Below, piece after piece: positions 1-10,327 of a stretch of DNA of 64,000 nt. The notes below the pieces were generated by a model, which made no database searches, was not told the DNA's origin, and worked only from the letters and a program-made list of their open reading frames with translations. Origin of the DNA: Candidatus Levyibacteriota bacterium (GTDB lineage: Bacteria; Patescibacteriota; Microgenomatia; Levybacterales; UBA12049); contig CAWBPM010000003.1 of NCBI GenBank assembly GCA_963790825.1, positions 253,681 to 317,680 on the forward strand. The letters run 5' to 3'. The first letter of the stretch is position 1. Every line of letters starts with the position of its first letter. The position numbers and the translations under genes were made by a program.

Positions 1-979
1 TAAACGGGTAATCGATATAATGATCGGCGAAATTAGCGTTTTGCTCGGGATCCAGCAGTTCAATTAAAACACCCATGATATCGGCTCTGGCAGTATCGGT
101 AACACGATCCAGTTCATCCAGAAGTATGACCGGATTTTTCGTCTTACCCTGACTTAGTTGTTTAATAATTGCTCCCGGTTCTGCGTCGGGAAAGTAACGA
201 GACTGCCCGCGAAGTACCCGTGAGTCTGCCATGCCGCCAAAAGGAATTCGTTCAAATTGTCTGCCAAGTGCATCGGCGAGAGATTTGGCAAACGTCGTTT
301 TTCCCGTACCCGCAAGTCCCACCATGCATAAAATAGGTGCTTTTATAATGTGCTCTTTCTCTTTGCTATTTTTAATATCAAGCATAATTGATGCTATGTA
401 CTCAAGTACTCTTTCTTTCAGAGGTATTAAGCCATAATGATTTTTATCCATAACTTCTTTTGCTTTCGCAAGATCCAGCATATCTTCGCTCTTCTTATTC
501 CAAGGCATTCCTACTGCCCAGTTAATATAATGAGATGCTGATTCGTATTCGAGAATATAATTTGAGCTTAAAAAGCCTGCGCTTGAACGAATCATTGCAA
601 GCCGTGCAACTCTATCAATTAAAATTTGCCTCAGTCCGTCCGGAAGTCCTATACAAGTTTCGACTTTTTCTCCAAGTTTTCTGATCTGGTCGGAAGATTT
701 TCCCTGATCTGAAATACTATGTGGTCCTTTTGCGCCGATACTATTTAAAAGATTTTCGTTATTGGTATCTTCAGCATCTGAAACGAAATTAAGCTTACTC
801 ATATCTTCATTTTCCTGACCTGCAACTTTTTGAATACTATCCTGAACATTTAAGGAACTATCCCCACGCGCTGCAGCTGCTTGTTCTTCAGAGAGAGTCT
901 GTGAAGTTGATTGAGGAATAGTACCTCCTGATTGATCAGTAGGATTAAGGTTTGCTGAATCTTGGGCAGAGTTATCCAT
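1..979 (-). CDS. lon: Lon-like ATP-dependent protease, N-terminal + AAA+ part (3' end runs off window start)
   Basis: Minus-strand translation from ATG (977-979) gives ...HIIKAPILCMVGLAGTGKTTFAKSLADALGRQFERIPFGGMADSRVLRGQSRYFPDAEPGAIIKQLSQGKTKNPVILLDELDRV... (Walker A/B of the Lon AAA+ module). Not in ORF track because no stop inside the window. Confidence 0.75.
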   Translation of the reverse strand, partial: MDNSAQDSANLNPTDQSGGTIPQSTSQTLSEEQAAAARGDSSLNVQDSIQKVAGQENEDMSKLNFVSDAEDTNNENLLNSIGAKGPHSISDQGKSSDQIRKLGEKVETCIGLPDGLRQILIDRVARLAMIRSSAGFLSSNYILEYESASHYINWAVGMPWNKKSEDMLDLAKAKEVMDKNHYGLIPLKERVLEYIASIMLDIKNSKEKEHIIKAPILCMVGLAGTGKTTFAKSLADALGRQFERIPFGGMADSRVLRGQSRYFPDAEPGAIIKQLSQGKTKNPVILLDELDRVTDTARADIMGVLIELLDPEQNANFADHYIDYPF

Positions 980-1084
980 AACATAATCATACAAAACTTC
1001 TATTCCAATTGCAAAGCTGGATTATATTTTGTATGGAAAAATCTAATTTGCATATTAGATATAGGCTTGTTAGTATAAAAATAC

Positions 1085-1954
1085 GTGAAGAATATCAGCA
1101 AAAGAAAGAAAGCTTCTTGTATAAAGAAGCATAACTCTTTTTCGAAGTTACTTTTTTTATTGTTATTTATTATCATCACCCTTTTAGCCTTACTTATATC
1201 TTTCTATTCTTTTAAGCAAAAAGCAGTGATATCTAATGAGACTCCGACAATAACAGTTAAGAAATTATTCCCCACAATTACTAAGGCGCCACCAGTTTAT
1301 CAATCTACCCCAACTCCGCCAATACCCACAGGTATAGAATCGGAGGATAGGACAAAAATTCTATACGTACAGCCGCTGAATTTAGATGCTAGTCAAACTC
1401 CGACTGATCTTGCAATAAGTTTATACGATAAAGAAACAGGTAAATCAGAAATCATCGTTCCTTCAACAATAAACTCATTAACACAAGCATCCGGGCCCTT
1501 TTTGATTCTCAAATGGTCACCCAGTAACTCTTATATTTACACTGAATTCGGAAGCGCGGTGACAAAACTTGGAACAGTCTACTCATTTCCTGGTGGACAG
1601 AAAATAACAGATTATTTTCCAAGTGAAGGTTCGGCTTGGTTAGATAATCAAACCCTTGTAATTAATGAAGAATATGACGCAGCTATCAGACCATGGGAAG
1701 GAAATGGACGAGGAATTAGCGTGTTCTCGTTTCCTAACGAGGATAAACACCAACTACTAATTCCCAGCGCTACAGTAGATTATATTTTATTAGCTACTGC
1801 GAATGGATATATTTACTATAATCAAATTACAGTGAATAATAAAGATAATTGGAGTAATGAAAGTAGTCAGGACTCAACCTTCTGGCGAATGGATAAGAAT
1901 GGTAATTTAAAGGAACAAGTTACAAGAAACGATGTTCCAGCTGTCCCTAACTAA
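1085..1954 (+). CDS. hypothetical membrane-anchored protein
   Basis: 289-aa ORF; Lys-rich N-terminus then one TM helix (LLFLLLFIIITLLALLISFY), Thr/Pro-rich linker, no catalytic motif recognised. Confidence 0.45.
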   Translation: MKNISKRKKASCIKKHNSFSKLLFLLLFIIITLLALLISFYSFKQKAVISNETPTITVKKLFPTITKAPPVYQSTPTPPIPTGIESEDRTKILYVQPLNLDASQTPTDLAISLYDKETGKSEIIVPSTINSLTQASGPFLILKWSPSNSYIYTEFGSAVTKLGTVYSFPGGQKITDYFPSEGSAWLDNQTLVINEEYDAAIRPWEGNGRGISVFSFPNEDKHQLLIPSATVDYILLATANGYIYYNQITVNNKDNWSNESSQDSTFWRMDKNGNLKEQVTRNDVPAVPN

Positions 1955-2002
1955 CGAAAATGTTTTAATGAATATTTATAAAATAAGTATAATGTTTGTG
2001 GA

Positions 2003-4335
2003 TTAATAGTGGGGCTTGCGTCGTTCTCGACGTTCTCTTTCAAATTGCTGGGCTAAAGGGTGTTTGGTTACTACTCCGCCTGGCCTGTCTCCGCTTCGAT
2101 CATATCTCGGTCCGCTACTACGAGGTCCCCTTGCTTGGAAACCACCACTTCGAGGTCCACGGGGCTCATAACTTCTTGGTTCACGCGGGGCTCCTCTATC
2201 ATTTCCCTGTTCTCCTCCGGTGTCATCTTGTAAAAGCATGGTCAGATTTGTTCTGCCCTGATCATCGATTTCAGTAACACGCACCTTTACCTTATCTCCG
2301 ATATGTACGACATCTTCAGGATTTTTTACAAATCCCCGAGCCATCTTAGAGACATGAACCATACCTTCTTTACCCGGTAAGACTTCCACAAATGCGCCAA
2401 AAGGTAAAATCCGCTTTACTTCTCCTTCAAATACTTCTCCTGCATGGATTTCTCTCGTAATGCCGCGTACCCACTCCATTGCTTTCTTTACTGCTTCATC
2501 ATCCGTTCCGGATACTGTTACTGTTCCGTCATCTTCTACGTCAACTGTAGCGCCGGTTATGGCAATGATATTTTTAATTATTTTACCGCCGGGACCGATA
2601 ACTTCTCCGATCTTATCAACAGGAATCTGGAGAGTTTCAATTTTCGGCGCATATTCTGATAATGCCTTTTTTGGTTCCGGAACAACTGAGAGCATTTTCT
2701 CTAAAATCTGCAACCGTGCTGTTTTAGCACGTGTAAGAATTTCGCCAATCTGTTTATCTGTAAGGCCGGGGATTTTCACATCGAGTTGAATTGCGGTAAT
2801 ACCGCTATCCGTACCGGCTACTTTAAAATCCATATCGCCTGAAAAATCTTCAAGTCCCAGAATATCTGTTAAGAGCACATAGTCGTCTCCGTCTGACATC
2901 ATTCCAATTGAGATACCGGCAACCGGTTTCGTAATAGGCACTCCCGCATCCATCAATGCAAGCGTTGAACCGCAAGTTGATGCCATAGAACTTGAACCAT
3001 TTTGAGAAAGAATCTCCGATACTACCCGAATTGTATAGGGAAACTTGTCTTTTTCCGGAATAACTGCAAAAAGTGCCCGCTCAGCCAGCGCTCCATGCCC
3101 TATATCCCGTCTGCCGGGCGTTCCCATCCTTCCGGCTTCTCCGTTTGAAAAAGGAGCATTTGAATAATGGTGAATATAACGTTTTGCTTCTTCGCCTTCC
3201 GCAGATTCTATAAGTTGTTCCATTCTCGGCGAGCCTAAGGTAACAATTGATAATACCTGCGTGAGACCGCGCTGAAATATTGCCGATCCATGTGTGCGGG
3301 GTAAAATACCTGCTTCGATATCTAATGTTCTGATTTCATCTACTTTGCGACCGTCAATTCGTTTTTTACTTTTCAGTGTGTCGCTGCGAATCTGTTTGAA
3401 CATAACATATTCAATCGCTTTCGTGACTACTTTTTTATCCAGAACTGACTGTGGATCGGCCGCTTTATCCTGTTCAAGTATTTGACTGACCAGATCTTCT
3501 GTTTCTGATCCGCTTCCTTCTTTATTTGCCCGCGACTTCGCAAGTTCTTTTATTTCAGCAGTGTACGATTTTTGAACCAACTTAACCGCTTCTTCAAAAA
3601 CAGGATTTAAAGGAACTTCAAGTTTCTTTGTCCAACTTTTTTTACTAATTCATTAATAAATGTAATTACTTTTCTTGTTTCAGTGTGTGCCCTGACAATT
3701 GCTTCATGCATTACTTCCTCTGCCACTTGGGATGCTCCCGATTCAATCATCAAGGTTAAATCTTCGCTTTGGGATACGACGACGTCCAGTTCCGAATGTT
3801 CGGATTCAGTCGTGGTAGGATTAAAAATAAATTCCGCTGAGCCGCTTTCGGGATCTTTAACAACACCCATACGGATAGCCCCAATTGGCCCTTTCCAGGG
3901 AACTTTAGAGATAGCCAGAGCTGCAGAAACCGCATTGAGGGATAGAATATCCGGTTCATTTTCTCCATCAATCGAGAGAACGGTAATAACAACCTGTACT
4001 TCTTGTTTGAATTCTTTTGGGAATAATGGTCTGATAGAGCGATCAATAAGCCGTCCTATTAAAATAGCCTCGTCTGTCGGTCTGCCTTCGCGTTTTACCC
4101 AACGTGAGCCTTTAATTCTGCCTCCTGCATATAATTTTTCCGTATATTCAACAGTTAAGGGAAAATAATCAATATCATCCCGAAGTCTTCCGAGTACTAC
4201 AGTGACCAGCACCACGGTATCGCCAAGACGGGCAAGAATTGAAGAAGTTGCTTGAGGAGCAAGTTGTCCTGTTTCAAGGATGAGTTGCTTTCCGGCAAAA
4301 TCTACATTTACTGAAGTTTTTTCTTTCGTTTTCAT
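2003..4335 (-). CDS. pnp: polynucleotide phosphorylase, split into 3607..4335 (N-part) and 2003..3580 (C-part) by a 1-nt frame disruption in a T7/A7 run (3637..3643)
   Basis: N-part MKTKEKTSVNVDFAGKQLILETGQLA... (RNase PH-like domains); C-part carries KH and S1 domains (GEVFEGEVKRILPFGAFVEVLPGKEGMVHVSKMA). Adding one A to the 7-A run restores ...FINELVKKSWTKKLEVPLNPV..., colinear with the PNPase inter-domain linker. Confidence 0.85.
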
Positions 4336-4438
4336 ATTATTCTATTCTAATAGAAGTCTTCTTTCTCTTTGTATTAGTATACTTTATTTTTCCGAATTAC
4401 TGCAAGTTGAGATGCCTTCGATTGCAAAAATTGCGGGA

Positions 4439-4708
4439 TTAGTCTTTGAGTCCAACTTTCTTTAAAATTGTTGTCGCCCGAATCTTATCGACTTGGGTAA
4501 GAAAATTAACGAGCCTTCTTCTTTTCGCAACCATTGACAGGAGTCCCCGTCTACTGTGCGTATCATGACCATGTTCTTTTAAATGTTCAACCAGTCTGTC
4601 AATTTTACGGGTTAACAGTCCTATTTGTACTTCAGGGCTTCCCGTATCACCGTCAGCTGTCTGAAACTCTTTAATAATATCCTGTTTTTGCAGCGGATTT
4701 AATGGCAT
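4439..4708 (-). CDS. rpsO: 30S ribosomal protein S15
   Basis: MPLNPLQKQDIIKEFQTADGDTGSPEVQIGLLTRKIDRLVEHLKEHGHDTHSRRGLLSMVAKRRRLVNFL matches S15. The ORF-track start at 4744 adds 12 unlikely residues; ATG at 4706-4708 preferred. Confidence 0.9.
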   Translation of the reverse strand: MPLNPLQKQDIIKEFQTADGDTGSPEVQIGLLTRKIDRLVEHLKEHGHDTHSRRGLLSMVAKRRRLVNFLTQVDKIRATTILKKVGLKD

Positions 4709-4760
4709 GAAAGCAATTATAGCAGCTTCTTTTCTTCTGCGCAATATCTATGTAAATTCG

Positions 4761-5777
4761 TTACGAAATCGAAGATCCTTTATACACTTTCGGTGTTAGC
4801 CAATCTGCCGGCGGATTGTTAATATCTTTTTTATCCTGTTCATTCACTTGCACTTGCGGCGCTGGTTGAGGTTGAGGCGGTAATGGATTTGGCTGCCAAT
4901 CATCCCGAGACGGACTAAACCGTGGCTTACTTGGAGCTGCTGTAGTTGGCGCTATGGGAGCTGCTGAAGGAGTATAGGACGTGTCAAATGGTGATGGACG
5001 CCTATCTAACCTGGAAGCTGCTCCGCCTCCGCCTATTGGAGACAGGCGTCTTGCTCCTTTTTTCATCAAGATACTGGCGATTTCAAATGCGACATAGCTG
5101 GTTTTTGGATCCTGGAAGTTACCGGTAGCGAATGATATGCCACCCATTAAATTCTGGGCAATATCCTGATCAAAATCTAAACCAAGTGAAAGCAGTAAAT
5201 CGGAAACCTGCTCGCTAACTGAGGAAAACCTCGGCGAGACAAGCACCACATTACCAAAACCCTCATTTTCTTCTCTATTATCGATATTAATAATCGTAGC
5301 GCTCTGAACGGTTTCCGGGTTAAATAAGCCGGTGATGTCTTGGAGACGAGGTGTACCAACAACAAAAATCAGTTCAGCATTTCCCGAACTACCTTGACTG
5401 AACCGAACGTCCTGCGGTGTGAAAGAAAGACCCTGTTCGCCTGCTTTAACGACAATATTTAAAAATCCAGCATCAATCGTATAAGAAACTTTTTCGATAT
5501 CTCCTTCACGATAAGGAAAAGAAACAATTAAGTCTCCTGCCGAACTACTGCCTGAAAAGCTGGTTTGAACTTTATCAATACCTACCAGATTGGAGAGTTC
5601 TACAATTGGCTCGGTAGGAGAAACAACTGTTGTTTTCTTGTTGACTGCGTTTAGGGCAAGCGAGAGGGAAAGTCCTGCTGCCATATCATCAACAGAAGGA
5701 TTGGGTCCGACTGCTATAGCAATTTCCTGCGCTTTTCCAATAATATCTTTAATTCGCTGTAGTGACTGAGTATCCAT
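4761..5777 (-). CDS. DHH/NrnA-like phosphoesterase homolog with degenerate motifs and Pro-rich C-terminal tail
   Basis: Colinear with NrnA-type DHH-DHHA1 proteins (GPNPSVDDMAAGLSLSLAL ... IGGGGAAS in place of the GGGH motif), but the DHH catalytic residues are not conserved. Last ~90 aa are P/Q-rich low complexity. Confidence 0.4.
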   Translation of the reverse strand: MDTQSLQRIKDIIGKAQEIAIAVGPNPSVDDMAAGLSLSLALNAVNKKTTVVSPTEPIVELSNLVGIDKVQTSFSGSSSAGDLIVSFPYREGDIEKVSYTIDAGFLNIVVKAGEQGLSFTPQDVRFSQGSSGNAELIFVVGTPRLQDITGLFNPETVQSATIINIDNREENEGFGNVVLVSPRFSSVSEQVSDLLLSLGLDFDQDIAQNLMGGISFATGNFQDPKTSYVAFEIASILMKKGARRLSPIGGGGAASRLDRRPSPFDTSYTPSAAPIAPTTAAPSKPRFSPSRDDWQPNPLPPQPQPAPQVQVNEQDKKDINNPPADWLTPKVYKGSSIS

Positions 5778-5785
5778 ATTACAAC

Positions 5786-7264
5786 CTATATTATTTTACT
5801 GTGACATACTACCACATCTCCGACTTCAATGTCAAGTCCACCACCCAGAACTATTCCAGCTTCATGTCCTGATTCAACTTTAGATGTCTGTTCTTTTCCA
5901 ACCCTTAGCGAAGTAATAGTTGTCTCCCCTATAGTCTCGTCTTTTCGCATGATGCGAATTCTATCGCCCCGCGCGATTCTCCCCTCGAGCACCGTCACTC
6001 CGTAGGCAAAGGTTTTTTCAAAGGGAAATTTGGCTAAAACCCGTGCCGTACCATAAATCTCTTCCATTTGAGCCAGTCTTTTTCCTTCAAGTACATCCGA
6101 TACTTCGTCAATCATCTCGTAGATAATCTGGTAATTTTTTGCCAATACTTTTTCAGTCATTGCCAGTTTTTGCACGTTGGGACGAATTTTGGAGTTAAAA
6201 CTTAAAACAAGCGCTCCGGCAGATTTAGCAAAAAGAATATCCGCTTCTGACACCTCTCCGGTTTTTTTGTTGATTATATGAACATCTTTAGGTAGAGAAT
6301 ACTCAATCGCTTCCAAAGAGCCTTGCGTGTCTGCAATTAGGATAATCGGCAGCTTCCCTTCGTGCATATTTGGCCGATATACTATTTCACTTTCTGGTTC
6401 AAGCGCCAAAGCTTCTTCGGGGAGTTTTTCAACCTGGCGCTTATTTTTATCTGTGATAATACTCCCAACCGGAATGACTTGGGACATTCCAAATACCTCA
6501 ACTCCGTCTCCGATAGTTGCTGTTTTTACGTTTTGCCCCATATCATTTACAATATTTCTAACTCTGAAAATCGTTCCGTCAACTATTACGTCATCCCGCA
6601 CGGTTAATGTACCGTTTTTAATTACTAATGCAGCTTGCGGACCGGCTCTTTGATCCAACCTAGACTCGATAACGATAGCAACGAGCTCTCCTTTTGCCGA
6701 AACATCCGATTTTTTATGCAAATCAAAACTTAGAAGAATTAAATCAAGAAGTTCTTTTATATTTGTGTTGGTTTTAGCGGAAATCTCAATAACCGGAATA
6801 TTTCCACCGAGCCCTTCAAGCAGAACTCCTTCTTTTACCAACTGCTGTTTAATTTTTTCCGGATTTTTTCCTTCTAAATCTGCTTTTGTCAAAACAACGA
6901 TATAGGGAATTTTCGCATCCAGGAGAACCTGGATACTCTCTTTGGTCTGAGGCATAACCCCATCTACCGAGGAAATTACCAGTAAGCCGATATCCGCAAC
7001 TTGAGCTCCGCGTGAACGCATTTGGGAAAATACCTGGTGTCCCGGTGTATCAATAAAAGTAATTCTCCGTTTTACTTTTTCATGAACAATTTCAATCGAT
7101 GAGACCCCGATTTTTTGCGTAATGCCACCAAATTCACGGTCAGCAATTGAGGTCTTCCGGATTGAATCGAGAAGGGTTGTTTTTCCATGATCAACATGGC
7201 CGAGAACTGCTACGACCGGCGGAAAATTTTCTGGCTGTGTATTCGCTGTTTTTTGTATATCCAT
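5786..7264 (-). CDS. infB: translation initiation factor IF-2 (short form, starts at G domain)
   Basis: VVAVLGHVDHGKTTLLDSIRKTS...DTPGH...TKADL GTP-binding motifs followed by IF2 C-terminal beta-barrel domains; 492 aa. Confidence 0.9.
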   Translation of the reverse strand: MDIQKTANTQPENFPPVVAVLGHVDHGKTTLLDSIRKTSIADREFGGITQKIGVSSIEIVHEKVKRRITFIDTPGHQVFSQMRSRGAQVADIGLLVISSVDGVMPQTKESIQVLLDAKIPYIVVLTKADLEGKNPEKIKQQLVKEGVLLEGLGGNIPVIEISAKTNTNIKELLDLILLSFDLHKKSDVSAKGELVAIVIESRLDQRAGPQAALVIKNGTLTVRDDVIVDGTIFRVRNIVNDMGQNVKTATIGDGVEVFGMSQVIPVGSIITDKNKRQVEKLPEEALALEPESEIVYRPNMHEGKLPIILIADTQGSLEAIEYSLPKDVHIINKKTGEVSEADILFAKSAGALVLSFNSKIRPNVQKLAMTEKVLAKNYQIIYEMIDEVSDVLEGKRLAQMEEIYGTARVLAKFPFEKTFAYGVTVLEGRIARGDRIRIMRKDETIGETTITSLRVGKEQTSKVESGHEAGIVLGGGLDIEVGDVVVCHSKII

Positions 7265-7304
7265 ATATAATCCCCTTTCAATATAGTGAGCAAGTTAATC
7301 AGTG

Positions 7305-8432
7305 TCATATTAAGCTTGTTCTTTTAGTCGCTTTTTTAGTTTTACTCGGTTTTTCAACTTTATCGGTTTTTTTAGGCTGTGCACTTGCCGCAACTGTAAG
7401 ACCCTCAACAACTGACTGCTCTTCGGGTGTAGATTTCACTTTTTCCTCTTTAACTTTCTCAGCTACTTCTTCGCTACCTGCCTCTTCTTTTCCTTCAATT
7501 TCTATTCTGTAGCCGGTAAGCCTGGATGCAAGCCTTACATTTTGACCCTCTTTCCCGATCGCCAAAGACAGTTCTTCTTTCGGCACAAAGACGTGTGCAA
7601 TTTTTTCTTCTTCGTCCACTTCGACACGGACATTTTTAGCAGGGGAGAGCGATTGGATAATATACTGCTTCGAATCTACGACCCACTGGATAATATCGAT
7701 TTTTTCAATGCCGGCAAATTCCTGTATGATTGCTTGTACCCTGACACCTTTCTGTCCGACACATGATCCGACAGGATCAATTCCCTGCTGATCGGAATAT
7801 ACCGCTACTTTTGACCGATTACCGGCTTCCCGAACAATTGCTTTAATTTGCACGCTGCCTTGAGCTACTTCCGGCACTTCCCGTTTGAAAAGCCCCTCCA
7901 AAAGCCCGGTGCTAGCCCTGGAGACGATAATTTCTTCACCTCTTGGTCCTTCTTTAATTTCTGAAAGATATACGGTTAAGCGCTGATTCAGATGGTACCT
8001 TTCATTCGGAATCTGCTCGGAAACCGGCATAATTGCCTCGGTTTTACCGATATCAACAATAACGTTTGGTCCGGCAAAGCGAAGCACCATGCCATTAATA
8101 ATAGTCCCCATCTTTACTTTATAGTCGGTTAAAATTGCTTCTTTTTCTTTCTCGCGGATTTTCTGCAGGATTACTTGTTTGGCAGTTTGTGCGGCAATCC
8201 GGCCAAATCCGGGAGGTGTAACATTTTCTTCGTTGTGCAATATTTTCGCTTCTCCCGTATTGCCATTCAACTCCGCCGTGTATTCTTCAATTTCAATTCC
8301 CGGATGATCTTTACGATAAGCAGCTAAGATAGCGTTTTTTACCGTATCTAAAACTACAGAAACATCTACACCCCGTTCAGAGGCTACTTGATTCAGCGCT
8401 AAGGCAAATTCAGATCGTTGTACTGCCGGCAT
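7305..8432 (-). CDS. nusA: transcription termination/antitermination factor NusA
   Basis: MPAVQRSEFALALNQVASERGVDVSVVLDTVKNAILAAYRK... NusA N-domain, S1 and KH-like regions; lies upstream of infB as in the canonical nusA-infB operon. Confidence 0.9.
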   Translation of the reverse strand: MPAVQRSEFALALNQVASERGVDVSVVLDTVKNAILAAYRKDHPGIEIEEYTAELNGNTGEAKILHNEENVTPPGFGRIAAQTAKQVILQKIREKEKEAILTDYKVKMGTIINGMVLRFAGPNVIVDIGKTEAIMPVSEQIPNERYHLNQRLTVYLSEIKEGPRGEEIIVSRASTGLLEGLFKREVPEVAQGSVQIKAIVREAGNRSKVAVYSDQQGIDPVGSCVGQKGVRVQAIIQEFAGIEKIDIIQWVVDSKQYIIQSLSPAKNVRVEVDEEEKIAHVFVPKEELSLAIGKEGQNVRLASRLTGYRIEIEGKEEAGSEEVAEKVKEEKVKSTPEEQSVVEGLTVAASAQPKKTDKVEKPSKTKKATKRTSLI

Positions 8433-8529
8433 AGTGAATCCTAGTATACCAGATCATGCGTGTCCGATCAACACGCATAAGTATCCTATCTCGCTTGTAT
8501 TATTTACTATTTTTTTCTAAGATAGATTT

Positions 8530-10293
8530 ATGGGTGCAGAACAAGCAAAACCGGAAGGTGAAGGAAAACCGGAATATCAAACCCCATTAACCTATGAAGT
8601 AAGAGATTTTCCCAGTATATGGAAGGCTGTTACGGAAGAAACAGGGAAGTATTTAAGGGTCGGTCCTGTTGTCGGTACAGTAGCAAATGCGCCAACTCTT
8701 TTTCTTGGAGATGGCAACGATTTATCTTTCGGACTTAATCTAAAACCATCATTTGCTGGTAATTTGGTTGAATCTACGTTAAGGGACAATGATAAAATAA
8801 GACATCTTTCAGAAACACTTCAAAAGTATCTCGGGGAGGAGTTGCGGGTTAAACCCCGTGAAAGAAAAGCTCAATATAATCTGCTCGGACTTGTTATTTC
8901 AAAAGTTACTACAACAAATGGAAAAGAGGAAGAAAGAGAAGTCGCAACATTTAATCAGGATAATCAGGAATTTAGATTTATAGAACATTTCGATGAGCCA
9001 GTAAATGAAGAACAAGGCAGAGACGCTCTGGAGCAAGCTTTAAAACTCTTCCAGATAACTACAAGCGAATTGTATCGGCTTAATGGTCTTGAAGTACCGG
9101 AAGAAAAAGTAATCATAGAACCGCCTGAGAGAGATAAAAAAATAAATGCAACAGATTTAAAAGAATTAATGAAATTTTTTAGAGAAGATAAGTTGAAAAA
9201 TCATGAGAAAATTTATTTCTCCCCAACAAGAGAAATTATTCCACTGCCTACACCCACACCTGACCATCCTGCTTCTACGGAGACTCCAAGGCCAGGCGAT
9301 AAGTTGGACGAAATAAGACAAAGTTATGCAAAAAATCAGTTTAATGAGATTAAGAAATTATTCGGTACGGGTGGAAGTAGTGATCTGGAAACACTTCGCC
9401 AATCAATAATCGTTGAAGGAGTTCCGGATATTACATTTGATAGCATTGGTGGACAGGCAGCAGCTGTGGAACAAGCACGCCTGCTTGCAGAACAACTAAA
9501 ACACCCTGAAGCTTTCGCAAGATGGGGATCTGAACCGCCCCGTGGAATTATTTTTATCGGTGATCCAGGGAACGGCAAAACATTGATAGCGAAAGCACTA
9601 GCACATGAAGCGGAAGTACCATTTATCATGGTCAAATCGTCTGACCTGGCATCGAAATGGTACGGCGATGCAGAAAAACTGGCAAAGGGTGTATTTCAAA
9701 TTGCCCGTGAAGAAGCTATGCAGCACGGAGGACACGCAATAATATATTTCGATGAGGTTGATTCGCTGATGCCTTCTCGAAAAGGAAACGTACATGAGGC
9801 AACTAGACGGGTCATCGGAACGGTTCTCCAGGAAATTGACGGACTACAAACACAAGAACAGGAAGGAAAACTGATAGTTATCGCCTCCACAAATACACCC
9901 GAAACTGTCGATGATGCTTTTCTGTCACGAATGACAGAATGGGTTGAAGTTCCAAGTCCTGATGCCCAGGGTATCTCTGAAATTCTGGCTATTCAATTTC
10001 AAGCGCAAACTGTAAAGGCTGGACGTGAGTTATTGCAAGAAGGAATTGATTTCAGCCAAGTTGCTTCGGAAATGGTCGGAGTCAGCGGTAGAGATATTGC
10101 CGATGTGGTGCAACGAGTATTATCTTTAAAAGGACAGCAGGAGGCACGTGGTCTAAGTCCCACTGTTGTTACCAAGGAAGATATCCAGAGCGCTATCGTC
10201 TCTTCTGCCAAAGTCCGTCAGGCGAAACTAAATCACAGAAAGGCAACAAGTGGACAAATTGGATTTAGGAATAACTCAGAAAAACCAAGCTAG
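8530..10293 (+). CDS. AAA+ ATPase (classical-clade single AAA module) with ~320-aa N-terminal domain of unknown function
   Basis: GIIFIGDPGNGKTLIAKALAHE (Walker A), IIYFDEVDSL (Walker B), STNTPETVDDAFLSRMTEWVEVPSPD (sensor/arginine-finger region). Confidence 0.75.
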   Translation: MGAEQAKPEGEGKPEYQTPLTYEVRDFPSIWKAVTEETGKYLRVGPVVGTVANAPTLFLGDGNDLSFGLNLKPSFAGNLVESTLRDNDKIRHLSETLQKYLGEELRVKPRERKAQYNLLGLVISKVTTTNGKEEEREVATFNQDNQEFRFIEHFDEPVNEEQGRDALEQALKLFQITTSELYRLNGLEVPEEKVIIEPPERDKKINATDLKELMKFFREDKLKNHEKIYFSPTREIIPLPTPTPDHPASTETPRPGDKLDEIRQSYAKNQFNEIKKLFGTGGSSDLETLRQSIIVEGVPDITFDSIGGQAAAVEQARLLAEQLKHPEAFARWGSEPPRGIIFIGDPGNGKTLIAKALAHEAEVPFIMVKSSDLASKWYGDAEKLAKGVFQIAREEAMQHGGHAIIYFDEVDSLMPSRKGNVHEATRRVIGTVLQEIDGLQTQEQEGKLIVIASTNTPETVDDAFLSRMTEWVEVPSPDAQGISEILAIQFQAQTVKAGRELLQEGIDFSQVASEMVGVSGRDIADVVQRVLSLKGQQEARGLSPTVVTKEDIQSAIVSSAKVRQAKLNHRKATSGQIGFRNNSEKPS

Positions 10294-10327
10294 ACACGAA
10301 AACAACTCACAGAATTCTTTAATCTCT

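Noticed and set aside
231-437. 68-aa plus-strand ORF in the ORF track
   Set aside because: Lies antisense inside the Lon AAA+ coding region (strong minus-strand Walker A/B translation); low-complexity product; no RBS.
4946-5128. Possible frameshift in the DHH-like gene near its GGGG segment (A6 run) explaining the odd Pro-rich tail
   Set aside because: Neither adding nor removing a base in the A-run gives an open, NrnA-like continuation; the current frame is retained.
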